Notes under the pieces: model-generated
The model's input: the letters and a program-made list of their open reading frames with translations, nothing else
What the model was told of the DNA's origin: nothing
Database searches by the model: none
Part shown: positions 38,606-51,120 of the stretch, in pieces
How the letters are laid out: every line of letters starts with the position of its first letter
Numbering within the stretch: position 1 is the stretch's first letter
DNA from: Macrostomum hystrix
Lineage: Eukaryota; Animalia; Platyhelminthes
Direction of reading: 5' to 3'
Length of the DNA stretch: 64,000 nt
Assembly: GCA_950097015.1 (NCBI GenBank)
Contig: CATNEN010000003.1
Span: 9,486,001-9,550,000 of the forward strand
Made by a program: the position numbers and the translations under genes

Positions 38606-38987
38606 CCGTCGTTTGTCTGTGGACAGATAAAAATCACTGAAAGATTTTGGTGTCATTCAGCAAGAAGTTTATAACTCTGCTTTGCGTCAATTCACCCATG
38701 CAGCTGCTTTGACAGGTTGAAATATAGTATGCACATCTATCTAATGGAACACTGAATATATAGCAACAGGAGAGAAAAACCCACCGATAAACCCAAATTT
38801 TCCAGCATAGGCTTACTCTCTGTCCAGAAAATACACAGGGCATATGATTTATTTGTAATTTTACGGAAATTACCATTAGACAATTGATCGAATGAATCAA
38901 GAAACTTTATTTGTCCTTCTTTAACGTTCTTAAAGTTTAATTCATTAGCTAAAAGTTGACACCTAAGAAATGTGAGGCAGTATACGT

Positions 38988-39110
38988 CTTCGTCTATAAC
39001 AAGATCTTGTCTTCGTCTTGATCTTCGTCTATAACAAGATCTTGTCTTCGTCTTGATCTTCGTCTATAACAAGATCTTGTCTTCGTCTTGATCTTCGTCT
39101 ATAACAAGAT
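38988..39110. repeat. 35-bp tandem repeat x3.5 containing palindrome ACAAGATCTTGT
   Basis: Units start at 38988, 39023, 39058, 39093. Confidence 0.9.
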
Positions 39111-39881
39111 TCAACTAAACTTCGTTCGTCCAATTAGTAACATATTGCTTATTATTGTGTGAAGATGCTTAATCGTAAGTGAAAAAAAATAATTTTCAAC
39201 AAGTACGTCATGAAACTGAGCTATCATTGACAGCGACTCTTGAAAGCAAAGTGGTCATGGCCTTGTGTATTCTTAAGCAAACACTTTGCGCAGCTGTGTT
39301 CGGTTAAACTTGCGTGAATTATACGAGGTAGAAGTAAATTATACGGCCAGTTTTAAGTGATTGCACGCACCGTCAGTAGAAGTGGTCCACAAAGTGTTGG
39401 CACAAAATGGCTTATACGAGCCTAATGAGGCATTATATCATCTCTATTGCCAAATGGCCATATGCATTACGCTCGTATAATATAGCGCTTGTCCTGAAAA
39501 ATGACCCTCTATCAAGACGCTCTGCAGGTGGGTGTTTGCGATCTAGCTCTAAGCAAGCTGAGGCGTTCTCTGCACCAAGAGCTTATCCGTGGAGTCCCAG
39601 GTGGCAGGGTCTTTCTTTTCAACTCATTCTGTAGCTATAGACCTTGGCTGACTGCTGGCTCAGGAGAGAGTTCTGAGTTAGCAAACTATGCAACAATAGC
39701 TCCAACGAAAATAAGTCTGCTATATAGTGTGAAAAAAGTCATTCAAGTGCTCAGCAGGTCGCATCGCTCATTTTGGCACCCATTTAGTCACATGCTGCAC
39801 ACATTTTCAATGCAATAGAAAAATTTCTTATAAATCTAACGGCGCAGTGAAAAAAAATACGAATTAATTTAGCTGCTAAAA

Positions 39882-41556
39882 ATGGCGAGGCTACGACAGG
39901 TAGCGGCATTAAAGCGAGGCCTCTGTTTGCTTTTAATTCTCACAGCAGCGTTCATGCTGGTGTTGTTTCAAGCGTTACAACTGCCGACGCACACAAGCAG
40001 TCGCTTCCTCGACTTGGCAGAACCTGTCCTGGCACTGCCAAATCTGTCAGAGCATCAATACGTGGAATTGCAGCAGCAGATACCAAAGTCTACACTGAGG
40101 CCTGGTTTCTTTCGTGCTCCAGTGCCGTCCGTGTGCTACGGTCTGAGCTCTCCGTGCTTAGAAAGTCTGCTACTGCAGCAGTCTCCTAAAAGCAAATCGA
40201 GGGCAGAAGAAAATATTGATGAGAAGAAAATTCCACCTATTTTGCATCTGACCTGTGTTGGCAAACTGGATAGCAACCAATTAACTCATATTGGAGCTCT
40301 ATTGCGAGACTGGCACCGCTTGCATAGAAAGTGGGTCTACGTTCTGTGGACCAAAGAAGAGGTCCACAAGCTCGTTGAAGTGTTCTATCCACGCTTTTTA
40401 AACTTGCTAATTGACTTGAACCCAAAGGAGTCAATGCTGCTCGCTCGAATTATGATTTTGCAAAAGGTAAGTAGAATAAAGGCCAGCACTTGTCGTATAG
40501 TACATAGTGCGCTGACCTAAAATGCAAATTCTTATAGGAAATTAGTTTCAGGAGCTAAATTTTTGCAGGAGTTCAGTGCAATGACGCGTCAGTTAGTGAC
40601 ATTCGACATGCAGCCAGAGAAGAGGCGACTCTCCTCATTCCAAACTGACCCTTGAGCACACACACCCATATAGGGAGTATGCACATCTGCCCTGACTTTT
40701 CTCATCGTCAAGCAGTGTACACTGTTACAGTGCCTTGGGTGGTTGGCCCTCTAAATTGGATGATTGATAACCTCCGAATTGAAGCATTGCCAGGGGCTGC
40801 TTTCTCAATAGAATGTAACCTCACCACAGATTCGAGCTCTGGTGACACTAAGAATCCATCACATGCTCATAGGTAGACCTGAAATAGTTTTCCGATAAGA
40901 TGGATTTTTGGACCATCGATGTGGGGCCATTAAGAATGCTTGGTGCTTGTCCTGCAATTTCACAGTATGGAGGCGTAGTTATCGACGCGGCTCACAGCGG
41001 CCCGGCTCGAAGTCTAGACGCCCTTCGTTGGATGCCAGCAGTGTTCGTCGTCAATGACGGCAACTGGCCCAGTGCGCAGATTGATGCGGGCATGTTCATG
41101 GCAGCCAGAGGGCACCCGTTTGTGCAGTACTGTACAGACCGGGCCATTCACTTTCCGGCAATACTGCAGACTGGCCTAACGCAGCTCATGTTGAACTATG
41201 CGAGCTCGTTTCCGTCCGCTGATAAAGCAGAACACTCGATCCAGCTGGCGTATTCGGGATTCACAGGCCGCCTTGAAACTAAATCTAACCTCACAGAGCT
41301 TCCGAAGCTTCTGCGAAAATGTCAAATCATGAGAGATATTTTGAACAACACAGAATTAACGGCTTCACCCCATAATCAAATAAGCTGTTTGGAGCTGCTT
41401 GCTATTCGCCATTTCCTTACCAATGCTCAAACTTTCTTTCCTTCAAATTCTTACCAAATTTTTCCGCTGCAAACTCTGCAGAATGTAGAAAACTTGCTTT
41501 CAAGATACACTTTCCTGAACATTGGACGGATGAGGTCGTGGTATCGACAGCCTTGA
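39882..41556 (+). CDS. Divergent GT32 (Gly_transf_sug) type II membrane glycosyltransferase-like protein lacking DXD, 2 exons, ~391 aa
   Basis: Exons 39882-40466 and 40966-41556; N-terminal TM; KIPPILH...W..LH.KWVYVLW...YP...ARIMILQK|YGGVVIDAA...AARGHPF. Confidence 0.8.
40560..40800 (-). mobile_element. Degenerate SINE in the GT intron
   Basis: GCACATCTGCCCTGAC...TGCCTTGGGTGGTTGGCCCTC is the reverse complement of the SINE core at 46190-46260. Confidence 0.6.
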
Positions 41557-41684
41557 GCAATCTGAAAGTGCATGACGATCAAGAATTGCAAAAAAGTTTT
41601 AAAGTAATTTTTCAACAATGTTCTTACGATTTATTTGCTTTTACTAAGTAAATTTACGAGTAAATTTAATAGACACTTTCGGAG

Positions 41685-41965
41685 TTGAGCGCAAGAGCAG
41701 TAAACGCATTCACCACTCGCACAAGGTCCCTGAGCTCGAATCCGCGGCGAGGGCTTGTGCAATTTACGCTTTTGAGGGCCAACTATTAGGGAATGAAGGT
41801 ACAGCGCGAGTGTGCACTGAAATTAGAAATGCATTGCAGATGTGTGCGCAAATATATGTATGTGAGCCTGTGTTCAGGAGTGAGTGAAAAGAGCAGAATT
41901 GCCTCTCCATGGCTGTGGGTCGGCCGTCACCAAATTGTGTCAGTGCCCGCAGCCGTACTACAAAT
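41685..41965 (+). mobile_element. tRNA-derived SINE copy (internally deleted)
   Basis: B-box-like GCTCGAATCC, core GTGCAATTTACGCTTTTGAGGGCCAAC, tail CAGTGCCCGCAGCC. Confidence 0.65.
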
Positions 41966-42039
41966 AACTCGTTTAGCATTATGCAGACGCTTTGTGGATT
42001 GCTACTGACTTATATTTGCCACTAAAATCTTGTGAGTCC

Positions 42040-44420
42040 TTGTTAGTGAATTCCATGGGTTAAAGAACGGCATACATTTTCTCATTTGTCTTCAAAGTTT
42101 TATTAGTTAACGGATAATAAACGGATGCAATTGGTCAGTTTATGTTCCAATTAGAAATAAATTCACAGAGAAAGTGGTAGGCACTTCTCTAAAGAGATCT
42201 TTCTTAAATGTGTAATAGAAGTGGCTGAGCTTGGCTGATTTTTCCATCCTCTGAGTCCAGTGCCTTCGAAACTCTGACTCAAAGTTCTCTCTGTGCGTTT
42301 TGATGGACTTTGTTTTTCTAGTCTGTTGACAATTCCGCATTACTTCACTATTCATTTTTCCCCAATGCCAACATCGCTGTATTCTGTAACTCTCGTCAAT
42401 TTCGCGATGATGGAGTCTGGTCGGCTCCGAATTGAGGACCAGTATTGAAGGCTTCTTTCTTGAATACTATATAATAGTGGTAGTCTTCCTAATTCGGACC
42501 GAGCACCATTGCTGTCAGTGTTTGGACTAACTTGCAGAATCGACTTGCAGATTCTAAAATTATTTCTCTCTATAAGGTTCCGATACCAAGTACCCAGTTT
42601 CCAGGAGACAAAGGCTCTACAGGCCTCTGATGCATAGAGAACTATGCTTTCAATCATAGTTGTGCTAAACAAGATGAGCAGTTTGTGTTTTACTCTCTGA
42701 AATCCCGCCAACTTTCTCAGAAGCATTATTGGATATCCACTTTTTTACCTAGTTCTATGGCATGAGTATCTATTGTACCCTTCACGTTCATGTGAAACCC
42801 AAGATATTTCCACTGCTGTACGGGTTCAACCAGTTGACCATGTAAAAACAGTCTATGTGTTGCCCTTGAATGGAGATTGCAGTTCAGAAGCTTTGTCTTC
42901 TCAATGTTTATTTCTAATTTATAAGTATTGCAAAAATCTGCTACTTTGTCGAGGCCTTTTTGTTATTCTGTAAGGTCTTCACCAAAAATGACTAAATCGT
43001 CACAATAAAGCAGGTTGCTTACTTCTTCATTCAATATGGAGGTATGGCTTTGAAATGAGTTGTTTAGAATTGTGCTTAGCGGGTCGATGTATAGGGAGAA
43101 TAGCAGTGGAGATAGGGGGCATCCTTGCTTGACGCCATTAGTAATTTGACACGTCTCAGTAGCTGTGCTTTCTGACTCCTTAAGGTGAAATTTCGCGCTC
43201 GAGTACATACTCTCAATGGTACTTATTATTGCTGGGTTCACGCCCAACTGCTTTAATCGTGTTGTGACGTGGTCACTTGCTGAAGCTAATATTAATTCCC
43301 AACCTGCGTACCTATTTGGGCCGTTTAACTAATGTCATTTTACTATCACCAACTTCTGCGGTTTCGTATAATTATTTATAATTGTTAGAGTACTACTGTA
43401 AGTAGACGCCAATGCACATCACGCCAACGCGTGTTTCAATGTTAACTACCCCGACCAATGAGCGTGCGAGCTCTTTCTGACTAGATTTATCGATCGCTCT
43501 GTTTATTCTGCGGGCTAGTTTATTTAACTCGGGCCCCCGAGCCCACTCGCGCTTCACTGTCTCTGGCGCTGGCTCCGTCTCTGTCTCTGTCGCCGTCTCT
43601 GTCTTCCGCGCGCTCCACTGTCCTTTTCCGCCGGCCACTCTGTTTGTTACCCGGCTCTGGAACCTCTCGTCCCGGCCACTGTTATTTGCACTAGTATTCG
43701 TCCTGCCAATTACTTCTCTACTAACTATTATTGCACCTATCGCCTTGTTACCATTCAGCTCCTGCGCCTGACCAAATCACCCTGCTTGTCGTATGTCCCA
43801 GTGGGAATAAACGAAGATCAAGATTAAAGTGCTACCGCTACACTGATTACGAGAACTCTAAACTACAATTGGGATTGAGTTACGCCTGACTCTGTCTGCC
43901 AGTTTAATAACGTCACAGTGTGACTAGGGTTGGGTGGTGAACCATGTCAAAGGCGCTTTTTAAATCAAACAAAACTAGATGGAAAGGTCAATAGGGTTGC
44001 AATGTGATCGAAAGTCCGGCAACCTTTTCTGTTTCCTATTTGACTAGCCGACAGTAAATTCAGGGCTTTGATGTGGGCTTCTAATTTCTCGTAAATTAAT
44101 GCAAACATAGATGAATTGATGCAAACAGGCTCGCGATGGCTGGCAGGACGTTTATTAGTTGGTACGAGCGTAGTTTTTTGGATCACTGCGAGACCCCTTC
44201 TTGTAGTATAGATTGGGCTTACCAATGCTAGTGACCATTGCTTAGGAGTATATCCAAGCCTAAGGATTGAGTTGAATAGCTTCTGCAGAGCGGGCTTGAT
44301 AACTGTGAGGCCATAAATTATGTGCTCGTTTGTCATTCCGTCAACTCCTGCTGCCTTTTTCTTCTTTAGTATTTTTCACTGCCTTATTAATTTCCTGGGT
44401 GCTGACTGTTGTGTCTGTAA
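42040..44420 (-). mobile_element. Degenerate non-LTR retrotransposon ORF2 (reverse transcriptase, RTEX-like), interrupted by a solo LTR
   Basis: GVKQGCPLSPLLFSLYI, LLYCDDLV, FDLKSAFD, KYLG, RSELGRLPL; stops and frameshifts. Confidence 0.9.
43263..43917. mobile_element. Solo LTR (655 bp), 4-bp TSD GTGT, Gypsy-like
   Basis: TGTGACGT...ACGTCACA termini; AATAAA at ~43806; GTGT on both flanks; LINE frame resumes on each side. Confidence 0.88.
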
Positions 44421-45490
44421 AGATTTTTGGGTCTGGTGGATGACTTCGAATAAGCTATACAATTACATATAAAGTTAAGCTAGAATAGAGCCAATTCAAG
44501 CAGAAAAAAACTTATTCATCGCATCGTAAGGGAGTATCATAGGGGGTGAGTGGCAGAGCGGTCCTTCATTTGGGGCGCAGCCGCGAAGAGAAGGCTTGGA
44601 GGCTTGCGGTGCAATTTACGCCAATAAAGGCCAACCTCCAAGGCACAGTGAAAGCGCACACTGCCTGACAATGAGCCCAACAAGCTGTAAATGGTATTGA
44701 GTGCCCACAATAACGAATTTAGCAACTTCGTTACTTAAAATTTGACTCATTTCGATTCGTTTGAAGAGGAATCCGATTTCCGAGTTCAGGTCTCAACAGA
44801 GTTGTAGTCCGGGTCTGCGTACGCTCCACCATTCGCTTTGAAAATAGAAAGTTCAAAGCAAAAAAAAGCGAAAAAAAAGAATATTTTATTTAGACAACAA
44901 CTCTGCTTAAATAAGAAAACTGAAATGGAAAACGAACTAAATTTATCGAACTCTTAACTCCAAGAGCCTTGAAAGTGCAAAAGTATGTTTTGTAGCGACG
45001 GTGGAGGAGCCTTACTGTCCTTCCGACGGTGGAGGGGCTTGCTGCTAAATTTGTAAAATGTGTATCGAGCGTAAGAAATTATGTTGAATAAAGAATACCG
45101 TCTGTGGCCCCGAAACAAACCTGCCGCTATATTGTTAGAGAACTGAGAAAACTCGGCATGGCATTATAAAGCTTTTTTAAAGAATTGATAATAAAACTGT
45201 GCGGGACAGTTTGCAAAAAATGTTAAAAAAATTACTCGGTGGCGACCTAGGTAGTGCTCTAGCTACCGGCTAGAAACACTTGCTGCTTACTTTAACAATG
45301 GACTTTACCCCTACCCCGGAAGAGTCTTTATATAATACCGGCAGTCACAGATTAAAATCCAAGAAGCTTTAAAAAGTGTTGCAGGTGGACTGCAAACATT
45401 TTAGTTGCTGCGTAACTTCCAGCAGATTACAGCATTAGAAGCAGGATCCGATTTCTGTTAAGTTCACCTCTCCAAACATAGGCTAAAGCC

Positions 45491-47132
45491 ATGAATCCTC
45501 CTCCGAGGCGTGTCCTACTTCATGTGTTCGTGGGCCTGTTACTACTTGCATCGTCAGTGCTTTTCTGGCATATGAGTCCAATAACGTTGAATTACAGTCA
45601 AAACCTGTTCAACCTGCTGAACAGAAGTAATTTCACTTGCGAGTCGTTAATTACGAGGACACAACTCTTCAAGCTGAGCGCCGTGGTGAAGGAGTTCGGC
45701 AGCGTCTGCCACAGCCGTCCGTGCCACGCTGCTCTGGAGTCTGCGATCGGGCACGCCGTTGACCGAGTGCCCCGCATTCGGCACATCCTGTGGAAGAGCG
45801 ACCAAGTGTCCGCCTACTTCGCCAGCCAGCTCAAGTCTTGGATGCAGATCCATCCGCTCTGGACCTACGTTCTCTGGCGCGACAAAGATCTGGAGGTCTT
45901 TGTTGCCAGGTACTACTCAGATTTGCTGAGCAAGTTCCGGAATCTGAAGCACCACATCATGCGAGTGGACATGATTCGCTACCTGATTCTGCACCATGTG
46001 AGTTTGCATTCAACGCCCAAGCTCAAGTATATTTGTACCTTTATGAACATTGATTGCAGGGGTAGGTGACAGGGTGGTTAACACGTTCGCCTCTCGCACA
46101 AAGGTTCGATTCCACGGCGAGGCCACATTTATTTGGGGCTCTGGCGCAGAGACAAAGCTTGGGGGCTTGTCGTGCAATTTACGCTCTTGAGGGCCAACCT
46201 CTAAGGCACAGTAAAGTGTGGACTTCCTGCTGATGAGAAGGTCAGGGCAGATGTGCACTGCACCTATGTGAGCGTATGCCTGTGTAGGGTACTTGTGTGT
46301 GTCTGTGCTCAGGAGTCAGTGAAATGGGCTGAATTGCCTCCTCGCTGGCTGCGGGTCTAGCGTCTTGTACTCCACCAAATGATGTGCCACTGCCCGCAGC
46401 CCTCCTGCAAGTATTATTATTGCTTTTATTATTAACATTGATTGCTACCGTTTTTTGTGCTGTTCCTGTTCTGTACAGTTCGGTGGAGTGTACGCAGACC
46501 TGGACTACACACTGGTGAGACCACTGGACCGGTTTCTCAAGTACCCGGCCACTGTGCCGATAACAGCGGAGGCCATCGCAATGATCTACTTCGGCATGAA
46601 GTGGCCTCCAGATCGACTGGGCAACCCGGCTCTGATGATCTCGGAGCCGCAGCACCCGTTCTTCTTCTTCTGCATCCTGCAGTTGGCTGCCAACCCGACT
46701 CAAGACATTTTCAAGTTTGCCGGTCCCCTCGGCCTCTCCGCCATGGTGAACAAGTTTTCCACCGACTTTCCGATCACGGAAGAACCCACCGGCATCGTGC
46801 TCGTACCACCGTCGCGAGCCTTTGAGGCATTCGCCAACAACAGCTTCATTAGCAGCACGACTACTTACAAGAAAGGCTGGATAAAAAGTCTTAGCTCTCA
46901 GTGCAAAAGTATCAGCGCATCAAAGACCTCCGCTGTACAGCTGAAGGAATACTGCAAGGATGTGTACAACATGGATCCGATCACGAACAAAAGCGACATC
47001 GCCTACGCTATCCATGACACAAAGAAGCTCCGCACGTCCTACAGCCGATTGGGCTCACCACAGTTCTCTGAGAATTTGGTCGACATCAGAAGCGTGATAC
47101 CCAACATCATAATGGCCAGTGAAATGTTCTGA
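45491..47132 (+). CDS. GT32 (Gly_transf_sug, SUR1/OCH1-like) DXD glycosyltransferase, 2 exons, ~386 aa
   Basis: Exons 45491-45997 and 46479-47132; N-terminal TM; VPRIRHILWK, HPLWTYVLW, RVDMIRYLILHH|FGGVYADLD, PQHPFF, AGP. Confidence 0.9.
46060..46410 (+). mobile_element. tRNA-derived SINE in the GT intron
   Basis: A-box-like GGTGACAGGGTGG and B-box GGTTCGATTCC; (TAT)n tail; related copies at 19628, 40560, 41685, 44545, 54030-54380, 55760, 58845. Confidence 0.75.
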
Positions 47133-48392
47133 AACAAACTACATTCGTGTTCTTTTTTTATTCCTGACATTGAAAAGTGCTGCAGGCAATTTTCTCGTAA
47201 CTATTTTCTGGGGAAAAACTCGCATGCTTACTACTCACTACTTTTTATTGAATATAGCTGAATGGAACATGAGCGTCTTAATTTAGTTCGGAGTCTCACC
47301 CTGAATCTTGGCACTTGTCAAACTTCACTAAAGTACTACAGTAGCGATCGTGTGTTGTGGAGAAATTTCAGCAGGATTGGTGTATTTTTTTTATTTTCCC
47401 ATTTCTGACATGACTGAGATTACAATGCCATAGTGGGATGGAAAAAGAGGGTGTACCAGTTTGTACTTCTGAGCATAAGTAAAAGTATATAAGTCTAAGA
47501 CTAAGTCTAAAAGTCCATCCTGATCCACCCATCGGTGAATTTCTACTCTTTATTTCTTTCTGACGTTTCTTTCGCGGCCAATGATTGTTTTATTTCGTCT
47601 ATGATCGGGACAAACTGGAGAATAAACTGTTACAAAATGTGCTTGACCTAGATATGCGGCAATTAAAAACTGGCCTAAACTTGAAGGACCAATCGGACCA
47701 ATCCCGGGATCATGAAATGCCGAGATTAAGCCGAAATAACCCGGGATTGCAAAATATCGCGGGATTGTAGTGGATCCCGGAATGCAGAAAGTATCATTCT
47801 GTAACCATAGCAATATTCGTCCACTACTTCCATTCGACTGCAAATTAATGTTTACTTCTATTTGTCTTCGTTTTAGAGATTCTATAGACTTTTTAGAACT
47901 CTCGTAGCTGAGGTCTAATGAGACATAAGGTGGCAGAAATATCAATCACGGTGGTGACAGAAATGCTGTGAATTATGCGAGAACCCTGCGAGAAGGATGC
48001 GCGGATGACTTGACTGCGAGCAGGTGGCCACTCGACGGCACCAGAGTGATCTGGATTGCGGTCTGGAGGCGTACCGACACTTCGCGGACTCGAGGGAAGA
48101 TGTGGAAGGAGAGAGGATCTTTGGATGAGCAGTTGGCCACTCGTATCCAATCAGAAGACGAAGAAGCCACCGAGGTAAGGTAGGTAAGCAAGAGGATGAG
48201 TAATAGAGCAGAAAATTAACAAATCGTTTAAAGCGTTCCTTACAGATAGGGGCCGCTGCTGAGTTTGAGTTCATGATTTTATGAGTTTGAGAACAGTCAG
48301 AGACTGCCTGCCTGCCTGTGCCAAGGCTTGTTAAGTGCTGTAGAATGCTGTGTGTGCTATGATGAAGGGAAAATCTTCAATAAATTTTAAAA

Positions 48393-48865
48393 CCCTGAAT
48401 CCACAGCCATGAATCCACAGCCATGAATCCACAGCCCTGAATTCACAGCCATGAATCCACAGCCCTGAATCCACAGCCCTGAATCCACAGCCCTGAATCC
48501 ACAGCCCTGAATCCACAGCCCTGAATTCACAGCCATGAATACACAGCCCTGAATCCACAGCCCTGAATCCACAGCCCTGAATCCACAGCCCTGAATCCAC
48601 AGCCCTGAATCCACAGCCCTGAATTCACAGCCATGAATCCACAGCCCTGAATCCACAGCCCTGAATCCACAGCCCTGAATCCACAGCCCTGAATCCACAG
48701 CCCTGAATTCACAGCCATGAATACACAGCCCTGAATTCACAGCCATGAATCCACAGCCCTGAATCCACAGCCCTGAATACACAGCCCTGAATCCACAGCC
48801 CTGAATCCAGAAACCTGAATACACAGCCCTGAATCCACAGCCCTGAATCCAGAAACCTGAATACA
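48393..48865. repeat. 14-bp minisatellite (GAATCCACAGCCCT)n at the inner end of the left arm
   Basis: Directly visible; reverse-complement array at 51870-52048. Confidence 0.95.
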
Positions 48866-50334
48866 AAGCCTTACATCTCGTAAAACCATTCAATAATATC
48901 GGGTTGGGGATTTAGGATTAAGGATATAGTATTGTGTATTTAGGATTTGGTATTTAGGATTAGGGATTTAGGATTGGGTATTTAGGATTAGGGATTTAAG
49001 ATTGTGGGTTTCGATTAGCTGTTTGGTTCAGAATATTTTCATAAACTTTATTATCCAAAGGTTAAGTTAGTTGATTGGCATCCTGATTTGAACGGATGGA
49101 AAAGACACTCAGCCCAGTTGGGCCAGATGTGCAGCCAGTGGCACAGCCGCAGCTATTGCTATGCTCTTTCAAAGGCTGTGTACATCTGTTCAGTCCGTGG
49201 ACTGGGGGGGCGGCCACACTCAGTAGAATTCCCACCCAAGCAAGAGGTTCATCTTGATGATATTTGGGATCTTTAATTTAGGATCAGGGACCAACTCACT
49301 GATTTACTCTTAAAATCCACTAACAATTGCCCAGCAGTAAAAAGTATCAGTAGCAGAGCGGACTGGAGCCGGCAGGCAGTCTCAAACTGTTCTCAAACTC
49401 AACAAAAATTTTCTCAGCCTATCTCTGTCAATGTGTCTCAGTTGCTAAGGCCGCAGTTTGAGAAACTGAGCCTGCTCATTGTGCTCCAAATGTTCTCAGC
49501 ACAATGCCTCTGGCTGTGTGTGGGGTGGCTGCCAGCCCTGCCACAGCCTCTGATTTATTGTGCTCAGGAACTGCTGTGCTCAACTCGATGCTGAGCAGAA
49601 TCTGGACAATGTTCTTAGGCTGCAAGTCCAAAAACATCTCAAGCTCAAATAAATTACCGCTTCTTGGAAAACTAATGAGCATTTTCTCTAATTTTCCACT
49701 TCTCGCAACCTGTTTTCTAGCTCTAGACGAAAGTAGGGGAAGGCAGAGGCTGGATTGAGAAGAGATGAGCCACAACTTGTCTAGCTCCGTGACTGCCCAT
49801 TGTGCTGCCAAAGCCTTCAATTCAATGAGTTCAGTTTATTGCTGCATACAGCCTCACTTATTAGCATTGTGCTCAGCTACTCAAACTATGCTCAGCTTCT
49901 CATCGGGTAGAAACACAGCGTCTCCGTGCGTGAGATGCAGAGAGGGGCTCGGCCTGCCGAGGGCTCACCCATCAGGGGAGGCTTGGGTGGGAAGCCTCGA
50001 ATGCTCACAGTGTGCTCAATTGTCTCTTGAGCACAGAGTCTCTGGTAGCTGGCGCTCGCTCGCAAAAGAGTTTTTGCATACAAAATGCGAAATCAATGCT
50101 TTCTTGTTAGAAGCCAATTTTATTGAACTGAAGGGTTCAGGACTGTGGGTTCAGGACTGGGTTCAGGACAGGACAGGACAGGGTTCAGGACTGGGTTCAG
50201 GACAGGGTTCAGGATTAGGGTTTTTCGCCCAGCTTTCAGATCGAGTTCTGATTCCGAATCAGCTAGCTTTTGTTTTCCGTTCAGAATTGGATTGGGATCA
50301 AACTTGAGACAGCCGCGAAGTGAAGCCGATTCAC

Positions 50335-51120
50335 TCCCTCATCTCTCTCTGCCTCTCGGGTCACCACTGTCTGTATCTCCCCTTCATCTCTGTTTGTTTC
50401 TCCCCTTATCTCTGTCTGTTTCTCCCCCCACCTCTGTCTGTTTCTCCCCTCACATCTGTCTGTTTCTCCCCTCATCTCTGTCTGTTTCTCCCCCCATCTC
50501 TGTCTGTTTCTCCCCTCACCTCTGTCTGTTTCTCCCCTCATCTCTGTCTGTTTCTCCCCTCACCTCTGTCTATTTCTCCCCTCATCTCTGTCTGTTTCTC
50601 TCCTTATCTCTGTCTGCTTCTCCCATCATCTCTGTCTGTTTCTCCCCTCACCTCTGTCTATTTCTCCCCCCACCTCTGTCTGTTTCTCCCCCCACCTCTG
50701 TCTGTTTCTCCCCTCACCTCTGTCTGTTTCTCCCCTCACCTCTGTCCGTTTCTCCCCTCACCTCTGTCTGTTTCTCGCCCCATCTCTGTCTGTTTCTCCC
50801 ATCATCTCTGTCTGTTTCTCCCCCCATCTCTGTCTGTTTCTCCCCTCACCTCTGTCTGTTTCTCCCCTCATCTCTGTCTGTTTCTCGCCCCATCTCTGTC
50901 TGTTTCTCCCCTCATCTATGTCTGTTTCTCCCCTCATCTCTGTCTGTTTCTCTCCTTATCTCTGTCTGTTTCTCCCATCATCTCTGTCTGTTTCTCCCCT
51001 CACCTCTGTCTATTTCTCCCCCCACCTCTGTCTGTTTCTCCCCTCACCTCTGTCTGTTTCTCCCCTCACCTCTGTCCGTTTCTCCCCTCACCTCTGTCTG
51101 TTTCTCACCTCACCTCTTTC
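50335..51120. repeat. 22-bp pyrimidine-rich minisatellite (CTCTGTCTGTTTCTCCCCTCAY)n
   Basis: Directly visible. Confidence 0.95.

Larger units (their letters stand above)
41951..48520. repeat. Left arm of ~6.6-kb inverted segmental duplication
   Basis: Near-identical reverse complement of ~51870-58515; the ORF tracks mirror each other. Confidence 0.97.

Noticed and set aside
46063-46125. tRNA gene
   Set aside because: A/B-box-like motifs but no complete cloverleaf; continues into a dispersed repeat body (SINE head)
47960-48173. Orphan exon-like ORF with a good donor (duplicated at 52268-52481)
   Set aside because: No recognisable homology or partner exons
48900-49010. Interstitial telomere or telomere-fusion scar
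   Set aside because: 7-bp degenerate units rather than (TTAGGG)n; orientation is opposite to an end-to-end fusion
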